Positions 16,777-25,379 of a stretch of 25,379 nucleotides of DNA are shown here, one piece after another. The notes under the pieces were generated by a model. That model saw only the letters and a program-made list of their open reading frames with translations. It did no database searches and was not told the origin of the DNA. Origin of the DNA: a virus (Duplodnaviria; Caudoviricetes); IMG/VR virus record IMGVR_UViG_3300020716_000038, positions 1 through 25,379 of that record. One strand, given 5' to 3'. The translations under genes and the position numbers were made by a program. The first letter of the stretch is position 1; each line of letters starts with the position of its first letter.

Positions 16777-17123
16777 AGCTCGACAATATCTGAAATTTTT
16801 CTCTTGCTTCTTAATTCTGCATATTTGGCAGCATAATCATTTGTTGACTCAAAAAATTTCAATGAGATATCATCAAAAAACTTTTGTACATCGTTGACAA
16901 TAACTGGCAAATTATTAGAATCTAAGAAAGCTACATCTTCGGAATAACCCAAGTCTAGAACTGTTTTGGTAAAATTAATCAACTCAGGGGTGATTTTAAA
17001 TGTGGCGCCGTTGATATAGTATATCAGCTTTTGGTTGTATTCTTCTAATATTATTCTGCGTTGATTAGACAAGGTTGCCATATAATTGGCAACAGCAAAC
17101 GCTTTTTCAATTCTTTCATCCAT
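16773..17123 (-). CDS. hypothetical protein, first gene of the glycosyltransferase operon
   Basis: GGAG RBS at 17130-17133 on the - strand; ATGA coupling to the next gene. Confidence 0.8.
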   Translation of the reverse strand: MDERIEKAFAVANYMATLSNQRRIILEEYNQKLIYYINGATFKITPELINFTKTVLDLGYSEDVAFLDSNNLPVIVNDVQKFFDDISLKFFESTNDYAAKYAELRSKRKISDIVEL

Positions 17124-17143
17124 AGATAACTCCGTAGTATACG

Positions 17144-17172
17144 ATAATATACTACTTTAATTATCTTGTCAA
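17144..17172 (-). promoter_or_regulatory. sigma70 promoter for the glycosyltransferase operon, with nested GATAATTA and an inverted repeat
   Basis: On the - strand: TTGACA (17172-17167), 17-nt spacer, TATTAT (17149-17144); GATAATTA at 17165-17158; GTAGTATA/TATACTAC repeat at 17134-17155. Confidence 0.72.
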
Positions 17173-17184
17173 GAGGTTAGAGTA

Positions 17185-18087
17185 TTAAGGTCCTGAAGTA
17201 GTTACACTTGGAACGTATCCGCCAACAGTAACATTTGAACCAGAAGCATAATAGCCTTGGACTACACTAGTTAAGGTACCTTCTACGTTTTCGTCCGTTC
17301 CCCATGGAGGATTTGGCTGACCTGATAAGTCCTTGAACGAAAGTGTAAATGTAATAATACTACCAGTTCCATCTACTTGTGCGTAAATATCATATTGGTT
17401 TGGAGTATATGTAGGACTACTAGTCGATTTAGTAAACAGCGTTTGTGGGCTTGTAGTTAGTTGATAAAATCCAATACTACTTGCAGGAGTGCCCGAACCA
17501 GTATTTGTAGTACTATTATAGTTCATAGTAATAGTACCCATATTGCTTAACAAGGTTGCCCAATCATTTCCTTTGGCTTGACTACCGTCCGATGGAATAT
17601 TTGATAAACTTGCACTAAATTGAATAGTACTGCCTGAGTTAAAATAGTAACGTGCATTTGTATTGCTACCAAAATTAAGAGTTACAGTATGATTAATTGT
17701 ACCATTCCATGCACTAGATCTAGTACCAGTTGCCAATGTAGCCAATGATGCTTGTCCCGAAGGAGGAGTAACTAACGCATTAGTTTGTATTAGCTGTGCA
17801 AATGCATAATAAGCCGCACGGTCATATTCTCTAACTAATATGCCTGTAGTTGGTACTGTTAAATTTCCACTTTCATTATTACCAGTTTGGTGTTGTCTTG
17901 CCGCAAGTAAATCGTTTCTTAATGCGGCCCAATCAAGGTGACTGATTTGTTGGCCGACACTAACTTGGCTGCTTGTAACTGATTGTCCGTAACCAAGTGT
18001 TCCTGAGCCAGAACCTAGCACAGTAGCCACTATCGACTGTATCGCATTAAAGTCACTAGCAAGTATTGGGGTACCTTGTCCAGCCAT
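17185..18087 (-). CDS. putative virion structural protein (tail/baseplate-associated)
   Basis: Ser/Thr/Gly/Asn-rich beta-type composition; AAGGA RBS; lies directly after the fibre genes. Confidence 0.7.
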   Translation of the reverse strand: MAGQGTPILASDFNAIQSIVATVLGSGSGTLGYGQSVTSSQVSVGQQISHLDWAALRNDLLAARQHQTGNNESGNLTVPTTGILVREYDRAAYYAFAQLIQTNALVTPPSGQASLATLATGTRSSAWNGTINHTVTLNFGSNTNARYYFNSGSTIQFSASLSNIPSDGSQAKGNDWATLLSNMGTITMNYNSTTNTGSGTPASSIGFYQLTTSPQTLFTKSTSSPTYTPNQYDIYAQVDGTGSIITFTLSFKDLSGQPNPPWGTDENVEGTLTSVVQGYYASGSNVTVGGYVPSVTTSGP

Positions 18088-18112
18088 TTTTTATCCTTTT
18101 TAAACTTCTATT

Positions 18113-19603
18113 TTAAAGTATTACACATTCTACCAATGTTTCAGCTGTGTTAGCACAATCTTCAAGTGCTATAGCAAAACAAACAGGTACAGAATCATCT
18201 GGGCTAAACATAACACTCATGCTTACAGCTAAACCATTTCCATAAGATGCCATTTGATCGCCTTTACTACAACCTCCAACAACTCTAACTGGAATACGTC
18301 CTTTAAGTGCTACATATTGACCGCCTTCTAATGCAGAATTCATTTTATAAGCTGGATTAGTACTAATAGCTCCGATTGGTTTACTACCATAAGTTGCGGC
18401 TACAACTTCAGCTGTGCCGCCAACACATACTACTGTTCCTGGTGGATATTCTTCTTGAGTTAAATATTTTTCTGCCAAGTCAGCGTAATAACTTGTTGTG
18501 CTTGCGCCATTAAATGTGTTAGCATTAATATTGCCGCTACCATCACGAGCTACAACTGTTCCTGGACTTGTTGAAACACTACCTGCATACGCGGTTCCAC
18601 CAATAACTAAATTATTAGCGTTAGTTGCTGTTCCATAAAAGTTAGTTGCTGTTACGCTTAACCAAGAATAATTTGAATTACCTAAATTACTTGTTGCAGT
18701 AACACCCGGCAATACATCTGCATTTACTAATTGTAATGGTGTTAATGTTGTTGCATTGTTTGTTGTTTGGAAAACAATAGTATTATTACTTTCGTTTTGA
18801 ATTGTAGGAGTACTACTGTTGTTATTGAATACACGCAAACGTGCAACAGGATTACCAACTGTATATCCTACGTCTGCAAAGTTAACAACTGTACTAAAAG
18901 CCGCACTACCTGCTTGTACATAGTTGCTAGCTAGTTGACCGCCTAAACGATCTGAATTACTTGCTGTACCCCAGAATCTGTGAGCACTTTGGGTTTGACC
19001 AAGTTGTGAACTGTTATTTGTATTAACTAAAGTTACACCTTGTTGTATTTGAGTAAAACCAGTAATAGGATTTACAGTACTATCTAATGTAAATGCACTA
19101 TCAGCACTAATAATAAAAATAGTCTGACCGTTATCAATAGCTTCGATTACAGTATGGCTAGTACCAAATGTGTCTTTGACGCTGGTACTTAACATTTCTG
19201 TTGTACTAGAACCTGCAACTGCCTGTGGACCAATTAGGGTAAAACTACTTCCACCCCATGCAAACAGCTGATTTGTTGTAGTATCAAACCAGAAATCACC
19301 TATTGTTAACCCGCTAGGTGCTGTAGTTCCAATTTCTGCTCCACCTGTTGTACGGAATTGAGTACCGTCCCAGAATTTTAATTTACTATTTCCGCTGTCA
19401 AACCAAATTTGACCAGTTAAAGGGCTTGCAGGAGCTGTTGAATTAGCAAAATTTTCTAGCAAATAGACAAAATTTTCGTTCTGAATTGCCCCGTAACCTG
19501 CGTAATTTTTACCAACCAACTTTAAGTCGGTGGTTGCATCAACAGTACCGTCAGCAACTGTTACAAGTAGCGTCCCGTTATAGTGATTGATTGTATATGC
19601 CAT
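18113..19603 (-). CDS. tail fibre/baseplate protein with C-terminal intramolecular-chaperone-like (peptidase G2-like) domain
   Basis: Shared N-module (GKNY.GYG..NENF..LLENFA..P..GQIWFD); C-terminal YADLAEKY...GTVV..GG..EV...VALKGRIPV. Confidence 0.75.
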   Translation of the reverse strand: MAYTINHYNGTLLVTVADGTVDATTDLKLVGKNYAGYGAIQNENFVYLLENFANSTAPASPLTGQIWFDSGNSKLKFWDGTQFRTTGGAEIGTTAPSGLTIGDFWFDTTTNQLFAWGGSSFTLIGPQAVAGSSTTEMLSTSVKDTFGTSHTVIEAIDNGQTIFIISADSAFTLDSTVNPITGFTQIQQGVTLVNTNNSSQLGQTQSAHRFWGTASNSDRLGGQLASNYVQAGSAAFSTVVNFADVGYTVGNPVARLRVFNNNSSTPTIQNESNNTIVFQTTNNATTLTPLQLVNADVLPGVTATSNLGNSNYSWLSVTATNFYGTATNANNLVIGGTAYAGSVSTSPGTVVARDGSGNINANTFNGASTTSYYADLAEKYLTQEEYPPGTVVCVGGTAEVVAATYGSKPIGAISTNPAYKMNSALEGGQYVALKGRIPVRVVGGCSKGDQMASYGNGLAVSMSVMFSPDDSVPVCFAIALEDCANTAETLVECVIL

Positions 19604-19627
19604 TGCTCCTGTTTCCTTATTCTTGAG

Positions 19628-19635
19628 TATTTATC
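19628..19635 (-). promoter_or_regulatory. GATAAATA late-promoter-like motif
   Basis: Intergenic, about 25 nt upstream of the 19603 start. Confidence 0.55.
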
Positions 19636-19649
19636 ATTATTTTAACTGT

Positions 19650-20765
19650 TTACCAGCCGCTATTTAGGACCGCTCTTTTCCAAGTATTTGTTGCTACGCA
19701 AACGTAAATGTACGATGAATCCCATACAATTTGTCCTGTTGTTCCTGTACTTGAACTAGTTGCAGGAGTATATGTGCTTGTTACATTTAATGCTGGAGTT
19801 GTTACTGAAATTGAACTCTTGATAGAGCCTGTAACGTCTAAACCAACCTGAGGACTACTATTAAAGATACCTACAAATTTGCTTTGTGCATTTACAAATA
19901 TCGCCGGGCTTAACCCTGAGCTACTTAGTGTAGATATTTCAAAATTTTGGTTTGCTGTGTTAGATTGTATCTGAAATAAAGTAGTAGTAACATTAATTTC
20001 AGTATTACTACCCGGTCCTAATATTAAAGATGGATTAAGAGCGTTATTCTGTATAGTCAATGTACCATTACTAATAGTACTATTACTAGATGTTGTTACA
20101 AAGCTAGTTGCGGAAAATAAAGTTACGCCATCTGGCCCTAATAAATTGCTAGCAGTTAATACTGGAACATTAAATTGCACACCTGTAAGTGTTCCTACAT
20201 TGAACCCAATGCCAATATTTCCATAAAATCCAGTAATTGGGCTAGCAGGAATAAATGCTTCAGATGCAAATATTCCTAATAAGTTACCACCATTGTACAA
20301 ATAAGTAATAGTATGAGCAATTTTATTAGTATCTATTATAGTATCTACAATAAAGCCACTTTGTCCTTGGCTATTTGTATATGCAGGGCCTGCTAGTATA
20401 TTAGCAACACCATCATTAAAATATAATTGCCCCGTTCCGCTGTCAATCCATAAGTCTCCAGTAGTTAAACTACTAGGAACGCTAGAACTAATTAATGTTC
20501 CACCGCTAACTACAAATTGACTGCCGTTATAAACTTTTAATCTGTTTTGGGTTGTATCAAACCATAGTTGTCCAATAATAGGATTGTTTGGTTGACTGGT
20601 ATTTGCAAAATTTTCTAATAAACGTACAAAATTATCATTAAAGTATATACCATAACCTGTGGCGTTTTTACCAATTAATGTAAGATCAGTAGCTGTTTGA
20701 TTAATTGTTCCGTCAATTAATTCAGTTAATGTGTTGCCGTTTGTTAATTGTATTGAGTAACTCAT
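19650..20765 (-). CDS. tail fibre/baseplate protein
   Basis: Same N-module; C-terminal GTTGQIVWDSSYIYVCVATNTWKR motif typical of phage fibres. Confidence 0.75.
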   Translation of the reverse strand: MSYSIQLTNGNTLTELIDGTINQTATDLTLIGKNATGYGIYFNDNFVRLLENFANTSQPNNPIIGQLWFDTTQNRLKVYNGSQFVVSGGTLISSSVPSSLTTGDLWIDSGTGQLYFNDGVANILAGPAYTNSQGQSGFIVDTIIDTNKIAHTITYLYNGGNLLGIFASEAFIPASPITGFYGNIGIGFNVGTLTGVQFNVPVLTASNLLGPDGVTLFSATSFVTTSSNSTISNGTLTIQNNALNPSLILGPGSNTEINVTTTLFQIQSNTANQNFEISTLSSSGLSPAIFVNAQSKFVGIFNSSPQVGLDVTGSIKSSISVTTPALNVTSTYTPATSSSTGTTGQIVWDSSYIYVCVATNTWKRAVLNSGW

Positions 20766-23176
20766 TATAGTACACCGGTAAAAATTATGTAATTAATAGT
20801 CTGGTATGGATTCATTACTACTACAGGAGTTGCATGACTATTTGATATCACACTTCCGCTGTCTGTTAAGCCGTATCCTTGACCACTTTGTGACGTTGCT
20901 GTTAATCCTTTACCCGAACTAATGTTAGTATTAGGATCTGTTGCACTATTTGGAGCACCAACAGCATAAAATTGTTGTACGCCATCATTAAGATTATGTT
21001 TGTGATCTGGTAAATTGTTTGGACCTAAAGTAACTGTGTTACTTCCGCTACCAGCACCAACTGTATCTGCGGTAACATCGGTTACTCTATTAGCTACACC
21101 GCCGCCAGCAGTTACAAAACTACCAGAACCATCTTTATTTGGAACTGTTAGTGCGTTATTCATGTTGTCTGCACCCAATGGAAAACGTCCACGCAAGTCT
21201 GGTAGTGCAAATGTACTTAATCCAACTAGTAACCCCGGTGCTTTATATGTGTATTGTATTACAGCAAACAACGCAGAATACTTGTTAATCTGCAATTCAC
21301 TACCGTCACATAACAAATATCCATTTGGAACATTAGTTGCTAGTCCTGCATAAGGAAAAATACAACCAATTGGAACAGTAGCCACATGATTCATTAATAC
21401 ATTTTTAGTCATACTGATCAAACCAGTACCACTTCTGTACACTAAAAATGTATCAGTTGGAATCGAATCAGTTGCGGCTGTTTTATTTGTAATAATTGAC
21501 TGGTTAATGCTAGTTGTAAACAGCTGGGTGCCAGTTAATGACTGACCGTTGAATTCTAATCCATCGCTGGTTACATCGCCTTGTAACTGTAGTACAGTAG
21601 TCGATTGTAATTTTGCCGCACTGGCCGCTACACCTTGACTACCTGTTAATGTAGCACCATTGAGTGTACCGCTAAAGTTACCGCTAAATGTTTGTGCAAA
21701 TACGTTTCTAAAAGGTCTTGATACAGATCCAATGTCGTATGTGTTGGCTGCACTATCTGATCCTGGTAATATTACACTTGCCGCTACTGGGTTGTTATCA
21801 CTATCTAAATAATTAATGTAATTTTGCCCGTAAGTAGTAACATCGTCACCGAAGGACGACTTCTTAGCAACAGATAATCCACCTGCTGTTTGAATACTTG
21901 CGCCTCCCGGATCGAACGGACTACCACTAGTTGCATCGGTGTCACTAGTACCTTGTACTATTAATCTTCCTGGAACTGGTTTTGTAGTTGTAGGAATAGC
22001 TGATACAAATTTGATAGTTGCTGTTCCATCTGAAATATTTGATCCAGATGTATCAGTTGGGCTAACGGTTCCTGTAGTTCCAGATGTTACTACTAGATAG
22101 TAGTTCAGTCCTGCGGCAAGATATTGCCCAGCAGTAACGGCTGTTAAATTTGTCCAAGAAATAGCTTGTGTAGTAGGATCATCTTTAATGTATGCGCCAC
22201 CAATGACATCTAATGTCCCTTGTGGACTAGTGTTACTATTACCTAAGCCTAGTTTAGCATCTGCTGTAAGATGTAATGCTGTGTTTACTGTTCCGTTATT
22301 GTTTAAAGCAATTTCAATTGGATTTCCGCTATTTTTAGAATAGAACAAAGTAGTATTGCCGTTAATACCAATATTAAATCCAAGGTTAGCACCGACTGTT
22401 AATCCGCCATCATTGCGAATACTAATTGTATTGTTAGCAATAGTAGCTATATCACTACGTAAAAAATTTGAACTAGGAACTGCTGTTCCGCTTATTAACA
22501 ATGCATCTGCTGAACTAGCAGTTCCCCATAATGCTGTATATTGACTTCCTGTATCAGCAGATGATTTAGTACTAGCTACATTTATACCAGCATTAATTGT
22601 CGGATACCCTGCTATTGCGGCTTTAGGAGTAAATGCATCTTCACTTATAATAGCTACTCGATAACTTACTGTAGTGCTTGCACTACTACTAGCATATATG
22701 GTTACAACATTATGGCTAATGTTGGCTGTATCTACGATTGATTCTACTACAGGTCCAGACGTTAAGCCTGCACTATATTGAGGACCAACTAAGACCCAAG
22801 TACTTCCTGAGTATAAAAACAACTGACTTGTATTTGTATTAACCCACAAATCGCCAGCTAGAGCAGAAGCTGGAGCATTAGTTGCCTTTTTAAGACTACC
22901 AGCAGGTTGCCATGTGGTGCCATCGTATACTTTTAATAAATTAATACCGCTAGCAGTATCAAACCATAATTGTCCTTGTACAGGATTAGTTGGTGCAGTA
23001 TCGTTAGCAAAGTTTTCCAACATGTGTAACATGTCACTAGCTACTACTGATGCGTAACCTGTATAATTTTTACCTACAAAATTAATACTGGTAGTACTAT
23101 TAATAGTACCATCAGCAACTGTAATTGGTGGTTTGTCAGGATTATTAGATTGTGTAAATGTAACTTGATAAGTCAT
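20765..23176 (-). CDS. tail fibre protein with tail-collar domain
   Basis: Same N-module; collar motif PIGCI.PYAG...PNGYLLCDG....Y..LF.VI...Y...F.LPDLRGRFPLG; terminal NPY..INYII. Confidence 0.85.
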   Translation of the reverse strand: MTYQVTFTQSNNPDKPPITVADGTINSTTSINFVGKNYTGYASVVASDMLHMLENFANDTAPTNPVQGQLWFDTASGINLLKVYDGTTWQPAGSLKKATNAPASALAGDLWVNTNTSQLFLYSGSTWVLVGPQYSAGLTSGPVVESIVDTANISHNVVTIYASSSASTTVSYRVAIISEDAFTPKAAIAGYPTINAGINVASTKSSADTGSQYTALWGTASSADALLISGTAVPSSNFLRSDIATIANNTISIRNDGGLTVGANLGFNIGINGNTTLFYSKNSGNPIEIALNNNGTVNTALHLTADAKLGLGNSNTSPQGTLDVIGGAYIKDDPTTQAISWTNLTAVTAGQYLAAGLNYYLVVTSGTTGTVSPTDTSGSNISDGTATIKFVSAIPTTTKPVPGRLIVQGTSDTDATSGSPFDPGGASIQTAGGLSVAKKSSFGDDVTTYGQNYINYLDSDNNPVAASVILPGSDSAANTYDIGSVSRPFRNVFAQTFSGNFSGTLNGATLTGSQGVAASAAKLQSTTVLQLQGDVTSDGLEFNGQSLTGTQLFTTSINQSIITNKTAATDSIPTDTFLVYRSGTGLISMTKNVLMNHVATVPIGCIFPYAGLATNVPNGYLLCDGSELQINKYSALFAVIQYTYKAPGLLVGLSTFALPDLRGRFPLGADNMNNALTVPNKDGSGSFVTAGGGVANRVTDVTADTVGAGSGSNTVTLGPNNLPDHKHNLNDGVQQFYAVGAPNSATDPNTNISSGKGLTATSQSGQGYGLTDSGSVISNSHATPVVVMNPYQTINYIIFTGVL

Positions 23177-23179
23177 CTA

Positions 23180-23788
23180 TTATACTCCTACCAATCCAGT
23201 TAAACTTTGAATACGTACTGTATAATCTATTTGAACCAGTCTGTTAAGACTTTTTAATACAGGGTGAAAAATAACATGTGTTAGCAATAATGACGAACCG
23301 TTACTATTGTAAGCCTGCAAACCTAGTTCATCAAAAACAAATTGACTGTTGCTGTTGTTTACCACATCGAACGCACTTTGAGTGCTTGGCTCACCGTAGT
23401 CTAACAAACAAGTTACAAATAAATCTGTATAGTTTGTACCAGTAGTGTGTCTTGTTTCAATAAAATTTCTAGTAGGATCTGTGTTGTTTGCACTATTTTG
23501 ATTAACTACTTTTGCGTATGTTTGATTGTAAAGACTAGCATTTGTTCCGCTAGTATTTGGTGTAAGGTATGTAATAATTCCTGTTGGATCGATACTTGTT
23601 CCGCCATTGCCAAAAGCCATATTGTAAACAAAGCCGTTGCCGCTGTCTGCTAGACTTTGTGCTAAAGCTACACTAATATTTTCGTAGTGAATTGCATTGC
23701 GTTTGTCAATGTAAATTTCTTTAGATTCAGGGTCATATATCTTAATATGTCCCTCAATATGTATTCCTGTTGCGTCTTTAGTCTGCAT
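23180..23788 (-). CDS. putative baseplate/tail structural protein
   Basis: GHIKIYD...N.IH, MAFGNGG, FDELGL and LTHVIF.PV.K motifs; position among fibre genes. Confidence 0.65.
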   Translation of the reverse strand: MQTKDATGIHIEGHIKIYDPESKEIYIDKRNAIHYENISVALAQSLADSGNGFVYNMAFGNGGTSIDPTGIITYLTPNTSGTNASLYNQTYAKVVNQNSANNTDPTRNFIETRHTTGTNYTDLFVTCLLDYGEPSTQSAFDVVNNSNSQFVFDELGLQAYNSNGSSLLLTHVIFHPVLKSLNRLVQIDYTVRIQSLTGLVGV

Positions 23789-23808
23789 ATCAATCTCTCT
23801 TTATCTTA

Positions 23809-23816
23809 TATTTATC
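23809..23816 (-). promoter_or_regulatory. GATAAATA late-promoter-like motif
   Basis: Intergenic, about 20 nt upstream of the 23788 start. Confidence 0.55.
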
Positions 23817-23840
23817 CGTATCAATTATGTGCTAGTTTAA

Positions 23841-25067
23841 CTATCGAGCACCGGTAGTTTTTCTTGGATAAACTGCTCCAGATGTTGGGCGGAATCCGTA
23901 ATTATGTTTAGGAAAAGTTACATTAGGTCGAAGTTTTGAATATAAAGAAGCCCCAATTGGTGGGCCTAAACCTGTTACACAATCCCATCCTGTTGTTCCT
24001 GCATATCCTGTAGTAATTACATCATTATTAGATCCTACTGTAATATCATAGAATGCACTAGGATTAGAGTAAAAAAGTGTGTTATAGTCAACACTAGATC
24101 GTTGTACACCTGTTAGTTGCTGAAATCTAGCTAACATTCCGGCCATCACAGGACATGCTAGACTAGTGCCGCCGTAACCAGCGGCCGATCCATTAAAATA
24201 TAATGCATATACATTCATTGGAGCCGAAATATCAGGAACTCCTCTTACAGTTAATGATGTAGGGCTTCCTGTGACTCCGTTTGTAATTTTTGTATAGTTT
24301 AATCCAGTTTGCCAACTTGGTAAAGAAAACAATGTGCTCAGGCCACCACCGCCTCCCCAAGTTGTTCCAAAATTTGAATCTCTATTATCATCTGTTTCTG
24401 CTGACCTGGCGTTGGAACCCGTTAGTGTAAGTTTTGTTCCGCCTACTGAAATTACTAACGGGCTCGATTCTGGATAACCAACCGATAAACTGCCAGCGCC
24501 TGTGTACCATTCAGACCCTGAATCTCCAGATGCAATAAGTATTGTTTGTTTGTTATTAAGTGCCGTAGAAAATTGTGTTGATAAGAAATCACTAGATTCA
24601 GAAGTTCCCCAACTAATGCTGATTATATGGCAACCATCTGCTATAGCTTGATTGATAGGGCTTGTCCAAGTTTGCCCAATATATATTGTAATGTTAGCCT
24701 GAGGAGCAATAGTAGCTATACAAAAAATATCAACAGTATTTTCACCGCTGGATCCGTCAGTAGAACTAAAAGTACCGGATGCTCCATCAAACAATTTTTG
24801 TTGTATTGTTGGAACTGTTAACGAAGAAGAAATTAATCCAGCATTTTGTAAGTCCGCAAAAGATTTATTAAGATCGCTTTGTAAAAATCCGCCGCCTAAA
24901 CTAATAATTCCAATTTTAACTCCATAGCCAGTACTTGCAGGCAAACCGTATGCCGTGGCAATTTGAGGTGGTGTAAGATATCCGTTAACTGGCAATGCAT
25001 TTGGCACTGCCCCTGTATTAGGATCTGTTATATCTATTGGAACAAGGTTAGCTGGTTTAAAGTCCAT
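23841..25067 (-). CDS. S53 (sedolisin/kumamolisin) serine-carboxyl peptidase lacking a prodomain
   Basis: G.G..IGIISLGGG, catalytic E-x3-D (ENTVD), ISISWG, oxyanion ASGDSGS, VGGT, RGVPDISA, catalytic GGTSLACP, Ca site DITVGSN and GWDCVTGLG. Confidence 0.9.
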   Translation of the reverse strand: MDFKPANLVPIDITDPNTGAVPNALPVNGYLTPPQIATAYGLPASTGYGVKIGIISLGGGFLQSDLNKSFADLQNAGLISSSLTVPTIQQKLFDGASGTFSSTDGSSGENTVDIFCIATIAPQANITIYIGQTWTSPINQAIADGCHIISISWGTSESSDFLSTQFSTALNNKQTILIASGDSGSEWYTGAGSLSVGYPESSPLVISVGGTKLTLTGSNARSAETDDNRDSNFGTTWGGGGGLSTLFSLPSWQTGLNYTKITNGVTGSPTSLTVRGVPDISAPMNVYALYFNGSAAGYGGTSLACPVMAGMLARFQQLTGVQRSSVDYNTLFYSNPSAFYDITVGSNNDVITTGYAGTTGWDCVTGLGPPIGASLYSKLRPNVTFPKHNYGFRPTSGAVYPRKTTGAR

Positions 25068-25068
25068 A

Positions 25069-25379
25069 TTATATTTCTAATTTAAGATAAGTTAATGTCA
25101 CAGTAATAACTTGGCTTGATCCATTGTTATTATAAATTTTTAAATAAGTTGTTGCACTAATAGTAGGATCTGCATTATAACCATAAACTGCTGGTGTAAA
25201 ATATGTTGTAGTTGCTGTAGTAGTTATTGATTCAGCAACAACGCCGCTACCTGGTGTTGGGTCTGTTGTTATTGATCTTGAACTATCATTTGATTGTGCA
25301 GTTGCACTTGTGTAAACAGTTACCCATGCGCCAGCAGATGATTGAATACTATATAATGCATAACCTTTTGCCATTGCAG
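25069..25379 (-). CDS. C-terminal part of a probable structural/fibre protein (likely 5'-truncated by the window edge)
   Basis: The frame stays open past ATG 25374 to the end of the window; Thr/Ser-rich beta domain (WV.VY...DP.PGSGV.AE). Confidence 0.7.
   Translation of the reverse strand, partial: AMAKGYALYSIQSSAGAWVTVYTSATAQSNDSSRSITTDPTPGSGVVAESITTTATTTYFTPAVYGYNADPTISATTYLKIYNNNGSSQVITVTLTYLKLEI

Noticed and set aside
104-24821. Many short alternative-frame or antisense ORFs in the track (e.g. 649-900, 4610-4939, 9144-9476, 10393-10779, 12293-12652, 21015-21353)
   Set aside because: They lie within well-supported genes and show no RBS or protein motifs, so they are most likely shadow ORFs.
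1-25379. Stop-codon recoding, tRNAs, CRISPR arrays, diversity-generating retroelements, introns or inteins
   Set aside because: TAA, TGA and TAG all end genes at sensible positions and the known enzymes are uninterrupted. I saw no cloverleaf, spaced repeats, reverse transcriptase or template/variable repeat pair.

Overview
This window is a gene-dense, AT-rich fragment of a large tailed dsDNA bacteriophage, with T4-like or jumbo myovirus organisation and the standard genetic code. It holds two convergent blocks that meet at about 12,950. The + strand block (1-12,975) is DNA metabolism and host takeover: the 7-deazaguanine genes folE and queE, a PD-(D/E)xK restriction-like nuclease coupled to folE, two 2OG-Fe(II) oxygenases coupled to queE, a T4 RNase H-like 5' exonuclease, a MoxR-type AAA+ ATPase with a zincin-VWA partner, thyX and many small hypothetical genes. 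The - strand block (12,929-25,379) holds two paralogous pairs of GT-A glycosyltransferase-like genes, a tandem array of tail/baseplate fibre genes sharing one N-terminal module, and a prodomain-less S53 (sedolisin) protease among virion genes. Several near-consensus sigma70 promoters overlap palindromes, and a recurring GATAA(A/T)TA motif resembles a late promoter. The best candidate for an undescribed system is a phage restriction-by-base-modification unit: 7-deazaguanine synthesis plus a solo nuclease plus oxygenases, possibly extended by the glycosyltransferases. I saw no tRNA, rRNA, CRISPR array or transposase. All family calls come from reading motifs by eye; no database search was run.
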